The notes under the pieces: model-generated
What the model was told of the DNA's origin: nothing
Databases searched by the model: none
The model's input: only the letters and a program-made list of their open reading frames with translations
Shown here: positions 10,174-20,267 of the stretch, one piece after another
Numbering within the stretch: position 1 is the first letter of the stretch
How the letters are laid out: each line of letters begins with the position of its first letter
Translations under genes and position numbers: made by a program
Assembly: GCA_020061145.1 (NCBI GenBank)
Contig: JAGUYX010000160.1
Location: 1-53,856, forward strand
Length of the DNA stretch: 53,856 bases
DNA from: Anaerolineales bacterium
GTDB taxonomy: Bacteria; Chloroflexota; Anaerolineae; Anaerolineales; DRKV01
Direction of reading: 5' to 3'

Positions 10174-10830
10174 TTGCTTTATCCAAAGAAAAACATTCCG
10201 TTACCCAGTTATGGACTCATGAACACCCATATTTTACGCAGCTTTGTTTTGCTTCTGTCCATCGCCGTTTTTGTCTTGCTTGCACCCCTGGAGAAAACAC
10301 TGGGAGCTAATGCACGCCTGGTTTATTTCCATGGCGCCTGGGTCTGGGTAGCCCTGCTGGCATTTGGCATCGCCGGCTTGATTGGACTGGCCGGATTGAT
10401 CCGGGGGAATCTGAACCTGCATGCGTGGTCACGCGCTCTTGGCTGGTCAGCGCTGATTTTCTGGCTCGGATTCTTGCCGATGTCGTTGATCTTGATGCAG
10501 GCCAACTGGAATGGGCTCTTCCTGGACGAACCTCGTTTTCGAATTCCCCTGAATCTGGCGATCGTTGGCTTGTTGTTGCAACTGGGGCTGTTATGGCTCC
10601 CGGTCATTCCATGGACCAGCCTGGGAAATCTATTGTTCAGTGGGATCGTCTGGTTTGTAATGCGCGATCTGGAAACCGTCCTGCACCCCGATTCGCCGAT
10701 CTTACGCTCCGATTCACGCAATATCCAGTTGTTTTTCGTGGGGCTGGTGTTGTTGTTATCCTTACTGGCGCTGGATGTGGCGCGCCGGCTGAAACGCCCG
10801 ATTGCCCAACCCGGCCAGGCCCAAACCTGA
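10174..10830 (+). CDS. Polytopic membrane protein, unknown family
   Basis: 218-aa ORF with about 6 hydrophobic helices. Start is uncertain (TTG 10174 or ATG 10219). Possible extended -10 TGaTAAAAT at 10141..10149. Confidence 0.55.
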   Translation: MLYPKKNIPLPSYGLMNTHILRSFVLLLSIAVFVLLAPLEKTLGANARLVYFHGAWVWVALLAFGIAGLIGLAGLIRGNLNLHAWSRALGWSALIFWLGFLPMSLILMQANWNGLFLDEPRFRIPLNLAIVGLLLQLGLLWLPVIPWTSLGNLLFSGIVWFVMRDLETVLHPDSPILRSDSRNIQLFFVGLVLLLSLLALDVARRLKRPIAQPGQAQT

Positions 10831-12118
10831 CCATCCAGATCATTCCAGAATTGCACTGAGCGAAGTTGAGTTCCCTTTGAGCAATCCTGCACCGGGCTCT
10901 TCTGCCCAGACCCTGAATCCCACCCATCGAAGCCAGATCATCCTGATCGCGGTGTTGCGCCTGGTATTAAATACCGGTTACCGCATGGTTTACCCATACC
11001 TGCCGGTTTTTGCACGCTCCCTGGGGGTGGAAGTGGGATCGGTTTCGCTGGCGCTTTCTGCCAGGTCATTACTGGCTGCCTTTGGACCTTTCCTGGCGAC
11101 CATTGCCGATACACGCGGGCGAAAAATCGGCATGATTATCGGGGTAGCCATTTTCACCCTGGGGTGCATCCTGGTGGTGATCTGGCCTACCTTCCTGCTT
11201 TTCGCTCTGGCGTTTCTCCTGATCACGCTGGGAAAATCCATTTTCGACCCATCCATGCACGCGTATGCAGGAGATGTGGTGCCCTATCGCCAGCGCGCTA
11301 CAGCGATAGCCATCATCGAAATGAGCTGGTCACTGAGCTTTATCCTGGGCATCCCATTGATGGGCATTCTGATCGACTACACGGGATGGACCTCACCTTT
11401 TACTCTGCTGGCTTTTTTGGGGGTGGCTACATTGTTTGTGCTGCAGCGTTACCTGCCCACCAGCCAAAATCCCAGGCCCGCGACTTCAGCCTTGCGCCCC
11501 CCTTTTTACCAGAACCTGAGCCTGGTATTTCGCCATGGCCCGGCTGTAGCCGCCATCCTGTTAAGCGTGTTATCGGCGGCTGCCAATGAATCCATCAATA
11601 TTATTTTCGGCGTATGGATTGCAGATTTATTCGGAGTTCAACTGGCTGCCCTGGGAGCCGCCTCGGCAGTGATTGGCCTTTCCGAGTTGAGCGGGGAGGG
11701 TCTGGTGGGTTTTTTTACGGATCGCCTGGGAAAGACCCGCGCCATCGGCCTGGGACTGATATTGAATTGCCTGTCTGCCCTGATTCTGCCCTTGCTGGAT
11801 GGCAGCCTCGCCCTGGTTTTTTCCGGTCTGTTCTTCTTCTATATCACCTTTGAATTCACCCTGGTCAGCACCATTCCGCTGGTCACCGAAATTTTACCCG
11901 GCGCACGGGCTACCTTGCTGGCAACCACCACCGCCGCCTTTTCGGTGGGCCGCTCAGCAGGCGCAGCGCTGGCCGCCCCGCTCTACGGATTCGGTATCTG
12001 GGCCAACAGCGCAGCCGCGGTGGCATTCAATTTATTGGCGTTGCTGGCGCTCGCGCATTTAGCCCGGCGGATGCGGGGCAGCCGCGAAACTTCCACCTCA
12101 GCAGATCATCCGGTATAA
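10802..12118 (+). CDS. MFS transporter
   Basis: About 12 hydrophobic segments and MFS motif A-like ADTRGRKIGM between TM2 and TM3. The true start may lie downstream of 10802, since the track start overlaps the previous gene by 29 nt. Confidence 0.8.
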   Translation: MPNPARPKPDHPDHSRIALSEVEFPLSNPAPGSSAQTLNPTHRSQIILIAVLRLVLNTGYRMVYPYLPVFARSLGVEVGSVSLALSARSLLAAFGPFLATIADTRGRKIGMIIGVAIFTLGCILVVIWPTFLLFALAFLLITLGKSIFDPSMHAYAGDVVPYRQRATAIAIIEMSWSLSFILGIPLMGILIDYTGWTSPFTLLAFLGVATLFVLQRYLPTSQNPRPATSALRPPFYQNLSLVFRHGPAVAAILLSVLSAAANESINIIFGVWIADLFGVQLAALGAASAVIGLSELSGEGLVGFFTDRLGKTRAIGLGLILNCLSALILPLLDGSLALVFSGLFFFYITFEFTLVSTIPLVTEILPGARATLLATTTAAFSVGRSAGAALAAPLYGFGIWANSAAAVAFNLLALLALAHLARRMRGSRETSTSADHPV

Positions 12119-12126
12119 TCACAACA

Positions 12127-12948
12127 ATGAAACGCAAACCGATCTTCTTCTGGACGGCGATTTGCCTGCTCCTGTTTTTCCCTTTGCTGGCGTATATCAA
12201 CCTAAATGTTCAGGCTGCACCGTTCCTGCAACCCACTCCCTTCCCCACTCCCACTCCTGGCCCGGATGGGCGTATCCTGTATACTGTTCAGGAAGGCGAT
12301 ACGTTGAACCGCATCTCCGCCATCAGTGGAATCACTGTAGATGAAATCCGGGCGTTGAATAACCTGTCAGGGGATATCATCGCGCCGGGTCAGGTCTTAT
12401 TGTTAGGGCTAGCCGGCCCGGCGCAGCCGACAGAGGCTCCGGGGGTAACCCTGCCAACCAACACCCCCGCACCTACCCCGACAGTCGGTGTCAGCACCGG
12501 CATGATGTGTATTCTGCTTTTTGAAGATGTAAATGGAGACGCCTTGCGCCAGACGGAAGAAATGCCCATTGCTGGAGGGGCAATCAGTATCAGCTCACGG
12601 GAGGGCGAGGTCAGCCTGACCGCTGACACAACCGGAACCCTGGACGCGGATGGTGAACCGTTACCGGAATGTTTCGATGACCTGCCCAGCGGGGACTACA
12701 ATATCACAATCGCCGCCCCGGAAGGTTATAACCCCACCACCCTGATGAACTATGCCCTTACACTGGGCGGGGGAGATGAAACCTACCTGGATTTCGGCGC
12801 CCAGGCCAATGCCGAAACAATAACTGAGTCCAACGCCGATGGCGCTGCAGGCGGCGGTATCCTGGGACCTGTGGTTGGTATTTTCGGGATCATTCTGGTC
12901 GCCGCCGGCATCGGGTTGGCAATCTACGCCAGTCGCCTGCGAAGCTGA
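12127..12948 (+). CDS. LysM domain protein with N-terminal signal/anchor and C-terminal TM helix
   Basis: 273 aa with LysM YTVQEGDTLNRISAISGITVDEIRALNNL, Pro/Thr linkers and a C-terminal hydrophobic helix followed by RLRS. Confidence 0.75.
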   Translation: MKRKPIFFWTAICLLLFFPLLAYINLNVQAAPFLQPTPFPTPTPGPDGRILYTVQEGDTLNRISAISGITVDEIRALNNLSGDIIAPGQVLLLGLAGPAQPTEAPGVTLPTNTPAPTPTVGVSTGMMCILLFEDVNGDALRQTEEMPIAGGAISISSREGEVSLTADTTGTLDADGEPLPECFDDLPSGDYNITIAAPEGYNPTTLMNYALTLGGGDETYLDFGAQANAETITESNADGAAGGGILGPVVGIFGIILVAAGIGLAIYASRLRS

Positions 12949-12954
12949 GTTTAC

Positions 12955-14049
12955 TCAACTACCAAGAATTGAATGATATGCCTGGAGCAGGCGCTCCTGG
13001 TACTTTTCGGTCTGCCAGCTGGTTACCTGATGACCTGCCGCAACCTGTAAATTATTGGCGACATCCTCATTAACTACAACCGAAAGCAACGCCGCGCCCA
13101 TCCGGCGTGTATCGCTCTCGCTGAACAGAAAACCCGCCGGGCCAACCAGAGCTTCGGTGCGGGGTGTGGCGTCCGCCACCAACGGCTTTCGGCAGGCCAG
13201 GGCATGGCGTAAAGCGCCTCCCCAGGCCGGCGTTTCTCCCAGGTGCAAAACCGCCGAACTGCCGCGGTACACAGCCGGAATCATCCCTCCCGGTACGGAC
13301 GGTAAGATCTGTAAATATGGGTCGAGCTGGTGCTTCTGAGCCTGTTCCTGCAAAAACTGCCGCGCCTCTACCTGCTCGAAACCCAGGATCACCAGTGGAT
13401 ATAATTCGCCAATCGAGCCGGCTGCCCAGCTCCATATTGCCAATAAACGTTCAACCGACCGCCGATCCTGAGGCCCATGATAAAGCAAATATTCCTGAGG
13501 CAAGTCCAGCTCAGCCAGATCCTCATCTTCCGGCGTCTCCACCGGATTAAAATCCGGAGAAAGCAAATCCGGTAGTCGATAAACAGGCGCCTGAATATCC
13601 GGAGCAGGCAAAACATCCGGCCAGAATAACCCCTTGATGCCTGCCATGCCGCCTGCGGCGAGGGCCAGCCTTAAGCGCTCTGAGAAGCCACCGGTTGTTC
13701 TGCCTGCGGGTAAATTTGCCGGGCTGATAACTACCGGTGTGCGACCCAACAAGGCAGGCGTATGTGTAGTCAGATGTACCAGATCGGCGTTTACCTTCTG
13801 CGCAATTCGATTTATTTTTGCTTGCTCCCAGATCAAGCGGTCTTTCCCGGTGGCGGCGACTGGTTCGATCACCTGCTCCACCCGTTCCAGGACAGGGTTA
13901 TGGCGATTACTTTCGACGGGAAGCGCCTCAGGCAACGCCAGATATAGCTGGATACTCGTTGGGGTACCGGCCAGGAGCTCAAGTAAAAACAGAGCTGCCG
14001 GATTACCCGGCTCCCGAGACAGCAACCAGCCATCGAATAAAACACGCAC
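12955..14049 (-). CDS. Glycosyltransferase (GT-B fold, GT4-like)
   Basis: 364 aa whose C-terminal half resembles Glycos_transf_1. GTG start. Confidence 0.65.
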   Translation of the reverse strand: MRVLFDGWLLSREPGNPAALFLLELLAGTPTSIQLYLALPEALPVESNRHNPVLERVEQVIEPVAATGKDRLIWEQAKINRIAQKVNADLVHLTTHTPALLGRTPVVISPANLPAGRTTGGFSERLRLALAAGGMAGIKGLFWPDVLPAPDIQAPVYRLPDLLSPDFNPVETPEDEDLAELDLPQEYLLYHGPQDRRSVERLLAIWSWAAGSIGELYPLVILGFEQVEARQFLQEQAQKHQLDPYLQILPSVPGGMIPAVYRGSSAVLHLGETPAWGGALRHALACRKPLVADATPRTEALVGPAGFLFSESDTRRMGAALLSVVVNEDVANNLQVAAGHQVTSWQTEKYQERLLQAYHSILGS

Positions 14050-14228
14050 AGACAGCGTCCTTTCCTGAACAGGATTATTAATCAGGGTGGATTTTTATCT
14101 ATGTTCGATTCTACCCTCGTTTCTTCACCCTTCACCAGCCCTCAGAAAGAAGTCTGACGAAAGCATTTGATATGATAGGGATTGTCCACCGGTTCAATTT
14201 CACACATCCATCTGAAGGAGCGAAAGAT

Positions 14229-15122
14229 ATGCTCACCCGATTTCTTTTCCAGACCAGTTACCCCACTCCCTCTCCAGGGCCTGCCGAGTTACCTCCCCTG
14301 ACAGATCCTAATTACATTAACCGGCTGATTGAAGCGGGAATCAATTTTCTACCACGGTTGATCGTCTCTTTACTGATTTTCCTGGCAGGTCTATACCTGG
14401 CGCGGTTGTTCAGCAATATCTTACGCCGTGGACTGGAGGCAAGGCAACGCAAAGCACAATTAATCCTGTTATTAACCCGGATTACCTACTGGACGGTTGT
14501 GGTGATGGTCACCACAATCGCTTTACAGAACATCGGCTTTAACCTGACTGCATTTCTGGCAGGGTTGGGAATATTGGGCTTTACAGTTGGTTTTGCTTTG
14601 CAGGATGTAAGCAAAAACTTTATCTCCGGGTTGCTGATGTTGCTTTCACAGCCTTTTGAAATCGGTGATGCGATTGAAGTCGCCGGTTACCTGGGGGTGG
14701 TGCAGGCCATTGAATTGCGCGCCACCGAATTAAAAACATTGGATGGCAAACAGGTGCTGATCCCCAATGCAGAGGTGTTTGCCAACCCGCTGACCAATTT
14801 TTCGCGCTACCAACACCGCCGCCTGGAAGTTAAAGTAGGCGTGGCGTATGGTACTGACCTGGAAAAAGCCCGCCAGGTAGCATTAACTGCTATTCAATCT
14901 CTGAAAGGTGTGCTCGCAGACCCGGCCCCCTTGCTGGTATTCGATGGGCTGGGCGACTGGGCGATCAATTTCACCCTGTATTACTGGATCGACCAGAGTG
15001 AGGCCAGCTATCCGGATCTGGTGGACGCCGGTGTGGTGACGCTTTCGCGTGCACTGCAAGAAGCCGGGATTGAAATCCCCTTCCCTGTTCAGAATGTTCA
15101 TCTACTCGACCAGCCGGCCTGA
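14229..15122 (+). CDS. Mechanosensitive ion channel (MscS family)
   Basis: TM helices followed by an MscS beta-domain (PFEIGDAIEVAGYLGVVQAIELRATELKTLDGKQVLIPN). I use ATG 14229, preceded by AAGGAG; the track ORF begins at 14172. Confidence 0.88.
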   Translation: MLTRFLFQTSYPTPSPGPAELPPLTDPNYINRLIEAGINFLPRLIVSLLIFLAGLYLARLFSNILRRGLEARQRKAQLILLLTRITYWTVVVMVTTIALQNIGFNLTAFLAGLGILGFTVGFALQDVSKNFISGLLMLLSQPFEIGDAIEVAGYLGVVQAIELRATELKTLDGKQVLIPNAEVFANPLTNFSRYQHRRLEVKVGVAYGTDLEKARQVALTAIQSLKGVLADPAPLLVFDGLGDWAINFTLYYWIDQSEASYPDLVDAGVVTLSRALQEAGIEIPFPVQNVHLLDQPA

Positions 15123-15292
15123 AAATTGCATAATCACTGGCGTAAACCGAATGTTATAAAGTCCAGGTTGATGGTGGGCCAGGGATTAACAGCATTATTA
15201 GATATTTTCAGCCATTTGCCTGGTAAAATCGGGTTTTACTGTTGAAACATGACTGTTTTATTCGCAAAGGGTAAATTAAAGAGAAGCCAACT

Positions 15293-17170
15293 ATGCGTAC
15301 GAAAGCCATAAACACCCGCCCAATGCCGTCCCTGGTTGAGATTTTCAACCAGGTGATGCTGGTTTTGTTGGGTGGTTTTTTCCTGTTCACCGGGCTGGTG
15401 ATCCTCCTGGGAGCGGGATATAACCTGGCGTACAACGGAAAGGTATTCCCCGGGGTCAGTGCGGCAGGAGTGGATCTTTCCGGGCTGGAACCTGCCGAAG
15501 CACAGTCACGACTGAGCGCCGCCTTTAACTACCCGATCAATGGGCGCATCGTGCTTCAGGAAGGTGAACAAATCTGGGTTGCCACACCCAACCAGTTGGG
15601 GCTGTTTTTCAGCCCGGGCGCCACCGTGCAGGAAGCCATGGCCTGGGGGAGGAAAGGCGGCCCAGCCGCGCGTCTGACCGAACAATTCAGCGCCTGGCAG
15701 CGTGGAGCTGCCCTGCCGCCAATGCTGATTTACGATGAACGCCTCGGGCAGGCTTATCTCGAGCAGCTTGCGGCTGAGATTAACCGCCCGACAATCGAGG
15801 CCTCTCTGGCAGTGAACGGCCTGGAGGTGATGGTACGTGAAAGTCAGGTGGGGAGAACCCTGGATATCCCCGCCACACTTGCTGCTATCCGAAATCAGGT
15901 CGAACGACTCCAGGATGGCATTGTGCCCCTGGTGATAAACGAGCACGCCCCGGCAATTCTGGATGTAACCCAGCAGGCGGATATCGCGCGCAAGATCCTC
16001 AGCGCTCCACTGATTCTTTCGATCAAAGACGCCGGTGAAACGGATCCCGGCCCATGGGTGATCGAACCGCAAGATCTGGCGGAGATGCTGACCATCGAGC
16101 GCGTCTCGACAGGCGATGGCGATCAGTACCAGGTAGGGTTGGAGACCGCCTTATTGCAGACATTGCTTGAGGAAATCGCTCCCGAGCTTGAACAGGCGCC
16201 AGAAAATGCCCGCTTTATATTTAACGATGATACCCGCCAGCTTGAGGTAATCCAGAAAGCCGCCATCGGGCGCAGCCTGCTGGTGGAAGACACTTTGCAG
16301 GTAATTAACGAAAAACTGCGCCAGGGCGAGCACGCGGTGAATTTGGTGTTTGACTATCAGAATCCGCAGGTCACCGATGAGGCGACTGCCGAGAGTCTCG
16401 GCATTCGGGAACAGGTGCTGACGTACACTTCCTATTTCTATGGTTCCAACGCGGCGCGCATTCAAAATATCACCGCCGCGGCTTCTCGTTTTCATGGGGT
16501 GCTCGTACCGCCGGGCGCTACATTTTCCATGGCGGAAGTCCTGGGAGATATCAGCCTGGATAATGGTTACGCTGAAGCGCTGATCATTTACGGAGACCGC
16601 ACGATCAACGGGGTGGGAGGTGGAGTATGCCAGGTCAGCACCACATTGTTCCGCACCGTGTTTTTCAGCGGCTACCCGATTGTGGAACGACATCCGCATG
16701 CCTACCGGGTCTCCTATTACGAACAACGCGCTGATGGCAGCATCAATTCCAACCTGGCCGGGCTGGATGCCACGGTGTTCGTGCCTTACGTGGATTTCAA
16801 ATTCACCAACGACACTTCTGTATGGCTCTTGATGGAAACCTATGTAAATCCGGCAGCCCGTACACTCACCTGGAAGTTCTATTCCACAAAGGACGGGCGC
16901 ACGGTAGAATGGGATACAACCGGCCCGCAAAATATTGAGAAACCACCCAAGCCGGTTTATAACGAAAATCCCGAGCTATCCAAAGGCACAATCAAGCAGG
17001 TAGATTGGGAAGCGGAAGGCGCAGATATAACCGTCACCCGGACAGTTTACAAAGATGGTCAGGTATATCTGAGCGACACCATTTACACCCACTATATGCC
17101 GTGGCGGGCTGTTTATGAATATGGCCCGGGCACCAAAATTCCAAAAGACAACCAAAAAGACGACGATTAA
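15293..17170 (+). CDS. VanW family protein
   Basis: 625 aa with an N-terminal TM anchor, the VanW core (GGGVCQVSTTLFRTVFFSGYPIVERHPH) and a C-terminal G5-like segment. Confidence 0.85.
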   Translation: MRTKAINTRPMPSLVEIFNQVMLVLLGGFFLFTGLVILLGAGYNLAYNGKVFPGVSAAGVDLSGLEPAEAQSRLSAAFNYPINGRIVLQEGEQIWVATPNQLGLFFSPGATVQEAMAWGRKGGPAARLTEQFSAWQRGAALPPMLIYDERLGQAYLEQLAAEINRPTIEASLAVNGLEVMVRESQVGRTLDIPATLAAIRNQVERLQDGIVPLVINEHAPAILDVTQQADIARKILSAPLILSIKDAGETDPGPWVIEPQDLAEMLTIERVSTGDGDQYQVGLETALLQTLLEEIAPELEQAPENARFIFNDDTRQLEVIQKAAIGRSLLVEDTLQVINEKLRQGEHAVNLVFDYQNPQVTDEATAESLGIREQVLTYTSYFYGSNAARIQNITAAASRFHGVLVPPGATFSMAEVLGDISLDNGYAEALIIYGDRTINGVGGGVCQVSTTLFRTVFFSGYPIVERHPHAYRVSYYEQRADGSINSNLAGLDATVFVPYVDFKFTNDTSVWLLMETYVNPAARTLTWKFYSTKDGRTVEWDTTGPQNIEKPPKPVYNENPELSKGTIKQVDWEAEGADITVTRTVYKDGQVYLSDTIYTHYMPWRAVYEYGPGTKIPKDNQKDDD

Positions 17171-17188
17171 AAAGCAAGAAGGTAAACC

Positions 17189-17431
17189 ATGGCTGAATCT
17201 CAGGAATTACCCATCAGCGCAGACCTGCTGGAAATCTTACGTTGCCCGGCATGCGTACGGGAAAAAGAAGGCCTGCTGAAGCTGGTCAAGAACGCCTGGC
17301 TGGTGTGCCAGGATTGCGGACGAAAATACCCGATCAGCGATGGCATCCCGGTAATGCTGATCGATGAAGGCGACAAATGGGTCAACACTTCCGAAAATGA
17401 CTTGCCAGTTCCCCCGCCGCGTCCAGATTAG
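17189..17431 (+). CDS. Trm112 family (UPF0434) small zinc-ribbon protein
   Basis: 80 aa with LLEILRCPAC...CQDCGRKYPISDGIPVML. Confidence 0.8.
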   Translation: MAESQELPISADLLEILRCPACVREKEGLLKLVKNAWLVCQDCGRKYPISDGIPVMLIDEGDKWVNTSENDLPVPPPRPD

Positions 17432-17442
17432 GAATCCCCAAC

Positions 17443-18021
17443 TTGACCGATAAAAGCGCTCTGGTTTTCGAGCTGACTTGCGGAGATGATACGCGGGCAG
17501 AGGCAGCCGCGCAAGCGCTCGCTGCATACCAGGCAGAGGTTATCCCCCTGTTGAAAACTTTGCTTTCCTCTGCGGAGGTGGATACTCGCTGGTGGGCGAC
17601 GCTCACCCTGGGCTGTATCTCCCACCCCAGTGTCACCCCTCTGCTCCTGCGCTCCTTGCACGATCCACAGACCGAAGTGCGTTATTGTGCGGCCATCGCA
17701 TTGCGGGAACAACCGGACCCGACAGCCATTCCAGCCCTGATCTCATTTCTGGGGAACCGGGACCCCATGCTCGCCAGATTGGCCGCCGATGCTCTGGCAG
17801 CCATTGGCACAGCAGCCACTCCCGCTTTGATTGCCGTGATGGAAAACGGGTCATACCGAGAGGTAATCCATGCCGTTCGGGCGCTTTCCCGTATTGGAGA
17901 TTATCGCGCCATCCCTGCCCTGTACAATGCCCTGACCCATGATTCAGCCATCATCCAGCATTGGGCGGATAAAGGGTTGGATGACCTGGGAGTGGGTACG
18001 CACCTCTTCCACCCCGAATAA
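17443..18021 (+). CDS. HEAT-repeat protein (PBS lyase HEAT-like repeats)
   Basis: 192 aa with repeated D-x-x-VR-x-x-AA-x-AL type motifs. TTG start. Confidence 0.7.
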   Translation: MTDKSALVFELTCGDDTRAEAAAQALAAYQAEVIPLLKTLLSSAEVDTRWWATLTLGCISHPSVTPLLLRSLHDPQTEVRYCAAIALREQPDPTAIPALISFLGNRDPMLARLAADALAAIGTAATPALIAVMENGSYREVIHAVRALSRIGDYRAIPALYNALTHDSAIIQHWADKGLDDLGVGTHLFHPE

Positions 18022-18029
18022 TCGGGATC

Positions 18030-18521
18030 TTACAACGCCCAGATCAACCAGAAAAATATCATCAGTAACCCGATCCCAAACCGGACGGCAAAAGAAAGAC
18101 CCCAACCGGTAATCATACCTTTCAGTGTCCCCAGGGCGGCCTGATGATTTCCCTGCCGGTAAACCTCGTAGGCATAAATTGCCAGCGGCGCGGCGATCAA
18201 CCCGCCAAAAGGCGGCAGGAGCAAGGTGCCGATAATTCCTGCCAGAAATGCCAGTCCGAGTCCCAGCCAGGAAGCGCCGCTTTTTTTTGCGCCGGCCCCC
18301 ATGAGGAGGTTATCTGCCAGGGAACCGGCGATCATAAAAACCGTAATCAGACCAAACATCCAGCCTCCAAGCACACCGAATCCATTCAACAGCCCGTAAA
18401 TCAGCGCCGCCATCCAGATAATAAACGGGCCGGGCACGAAGGGGATCAGCGAACCCAGCAAACCGGCTGCCATCGCCAGGAAGGTAAGGACATTCAGGGT
18501 CGTCAGCGCCCATTGTGGCAT
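18030..18521 (-). CDS. DUF456-like small membrane protein
   Basis: 163 aa from ATG 18521, which lies 2 nt after the serS stop. It has four hydrophobic helices. The longer 275-aa track ORF overlaps serS and is not credible. Confidence 0.7.
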   Translation of the reverse strand: MPQWALTTLNVLTFLAMAAGLLGSLIPFVPGPFIIWMAALIYGLLNGFGVLGGWMFGLITVFMIAGSLADNLLMGAGAKKSGASWLGLGLAFLAGIIGTLLLPPFGGLIAAPLAIYAYEVYRQGNHQAALGTLKGMITGWGLSFAVRFGIGLLMIFFWLIWAL

Positions 18522-18523
18522 GG

Positions 18524-19816
18524 TTAAGCTTCTTTCCGATTTTCCACGGGCTGAATGACCTCCACGCCGCCCATCCACGGGCGCAACACCTCCGGCACCA
18601 CCACCGAACCGTCTTCCTGCTGATAATTCTCCAACACTGCGATCAACGTCCGTGGCAATCCCAATCCCGAGCCATTCAAGGTATGCACAAAGCGCGTCCG
18701 GCCGCCGTCTGCGGGGCGGTAACGGATATTCGCCCGGCGCGCCTGGTAATCTCCGGCGTTCGAGATCGATGAAACCTCCAGCCACTCCTGCACGCCCGGC
18801 GACCAGACTTCGAGATCGTAGGTGCGCTGCATAGCGAAACCCAGGTCTCCGGTGCATAATTCCACCACCCGGTAAGTCAATCCCAGCAAAGCACAGGTCT
18901 CCTCGGCATCCGCCAGCATTTTGGCATGCTTGTCAGCGGAGTCTTCCGGAAGGCAGTAGACATACATTTCAACCTTGTCGAACTGGTGTCCGCGTTTGAT
19001 ACCGCGCACATCCCTGCCCGCGCTCATTTTTTCACGGCGGAAACAGGGAGTATACGCAGTAAAGGCCAAGGGTAGGTCTGCCTCTTCCAGAATTTCATCC
19101 ATGTACAAACCGGTGAGCGGCACCTCCGCCGTCGGGACCATCCACAGGTCTTCTTCAGCATCGCGATACAGGTTATCGTAAAACTTAGGCAATTGCCCGG
19201 CAGCGATCAGGGTCTGTTCTTTTACCATAAACGGAGTGTATTTTTCGGTGTATCCCTGGCGGATGTGTAAATCCAGCATCCAGGCGATCAACGCCCGCTG
19301 CAGGCGCGCCCCTGCCCCGCTGAGCACATAAAACCGCGAACCGGTGATTTTGACGCCACGCTCGAAATCCAGGATACCGAGGTTAACCCCCAGCTCCCAA
19401 TGAGGTCTGGCTTCGAAGGGTAACGTACTGGGTTCGCCCACCGTGCGCACCACGCGGTTTTCGCTTTCATCCTTACCGTAAGGCACCTGCTCATCCGGCA
19501 GGTTGGGAATGGTGAGTAAAAGCTGGTTCAGGTCGGCTTCTACCTGGTGCAGATCTTTTTCCAACCCGGCGATGCGGTCGCCGACCAGGCGCATGGCTTC
19601 GATTTTCGCCTGTCGTTCAGCCGGGTCTTTTATCCGGCTTATCTCTTTCGAAACCTGATTGCGTTCGGCTTTAAGCGTCTCCACCTGCAAAATCAATTGC
19701 CGGCGGCGTTCATCCTGCACCTGCACTGTGGACACGATCTGGGGGTCCATCTGACGATCACGCAACGCCTTACGCACCACGTCCGGGTTTTCGCGAAATA
19801 AATTGATATCCAGCAT
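18524..19816 (-). CDS. serS: Serine--tRNA ligase
   Basis: 430 aa from ATG 19816 (RBS GGAGGTG), with an N-terminal coiled-coil arm and class II core motifs. The 88 codons upstream in the track ORF are the T-box leader. Confidence 0.95.
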   Translation of the reverse strand: MLDINLFRENPDVVRKALRDRQMDPQIVSTVQVQDERRRQLILQVETLKAERNQVSKEISRIKDPAERQAKIEAMRLVGDRIAGLEKDLHQVEADLNQLLLTIPNLPDEQVPYGKDESENRVVRTVGEPSTLPFEARPHWELGVNLGILDFERGVKITGSRFYVLSGAGARLQRALIAWMLDLHIRQGYTEKYTPFMVKEQTLIAAGQLPKFYDNLYRDAEEDLWMVPTAEVPLTGLYMDEILEEADLPLAFTAYTPCFRREKMSAGRDVRGIKRGHQFDKVEMYVYCLPEDSADKHAKMLADAEETCALLGLTYRVVELCTGDLGFAMQRTYDLEVWSPGVQEWLEVSSISNAGDYQARRANIRYRPADGGRTRFVHTLNGSGLGLPRTLIAVLENYQQEDGSVVVPEVLRPWMGGVEVIQPVENRKEA

Positions 19817-19830
19817 GGTTACACCTCCAG

Positions 19831-19872
19831 AAAATAAAAATATAAAACCCCCTCGCCAGCAGGACGAGGGGG
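19831..19872 (-). terminator. T-box expression-platform intrinsic terminator
   Basis: Minus strand: CCCCCTCG-tcctgctgg-CGAGGGGG followed by TTTTATATTTTTATTTT, then RBS and the serS ATG. Confidence 0.85.
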
Positions 19873-20027
19873 CGGACACCCGCCCTGAAAGTGGGAGGAT
19901 TTTGGTGTTCGGGGGCTGTTTCACAACCCCCGAACACCAAAAAATACCCTCTTCTTTGGGGCAGGTGGGAAGAAAAAGGCCATTTCTTCCTGCCTGTCCG
20001 CCCCTAAGCCAGCAGGACGAGGGGGCG
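19855..20027 (-). repeat. Perfect 20-nt direct repeat (19855..19874 and 20008..20027) flanking a 133-nt structured insert
   Basis: Both copies read GCCAGCAGGACGAGGGGGCG on the plus strand, and the flanking bases differ. The insert contains a 16-bp perfect hairpin (19900..19942), a bulged hairpin (19960..19994) and a 10-bp end-to-end helix (19869..19878 with 19995..20004). Confidence 0.9.
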
Positions 20028-20267
20028 CTCGTGGTGCCACCTGCTTTTACCATGCGTAAAATCCACACGGCCTCATTCACACGCTAACGGGTGCCCCGGC
20101 CTCCTTTACAGCGGGTTAAGCACGCTCCTGCAAGAGGCAACTGGCCCACACCAGATGGGAGAGCCGGCGGAGTGGAAATTCCGCTTTGCCTGTCTGCCTC
20201 GCACCTGCCGGCAGTTCTCTGCTCAGGCCGAAGCGGAAGAAATCTCCGCGCTGTTTTTGTTGAGGGC

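Larger units (their letters stand above)
19817..20262 (-). promoter_or_regulatory. T-box riboswitch leader of serS (Ser-specific)
   Basis: Stem I spans 20167..20249 (base helix GCGGAG/CTCCGC) and carries an AGAGA bulge, distal loop GGTGCGAG and specifier loop UU-UCC-A (UCC at 20174..20176). The T-box/antiterminator AGCAGG-TGGCACC-ACGAG-cgcccc-CTCGT-CCTGCT lies at 20011..20045. Confidence 0.88.

Noticed and set aside
18522-18857. Upstream 112 codons of the 275-aa ORF overlapping the 3' end of serS
   Set aside because: This part lies out of frame inside a highly conserved serS coding region and is Arg/Gly/Pro-rich. The DUF456-like hydrophobic protein starts cleanly at ATG 18521, right after the serS stop.
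19817-20080. 88-codon N-terminal extension of the serS ORF in the six-frame track
   Set aside because: The region folds as a T-box leader with a terminator, and ATG 19816 has a strong RBS. The extension's amino-acid sequence is low-complexity and duplicated only because of the 20-nt nucleotide repeat.
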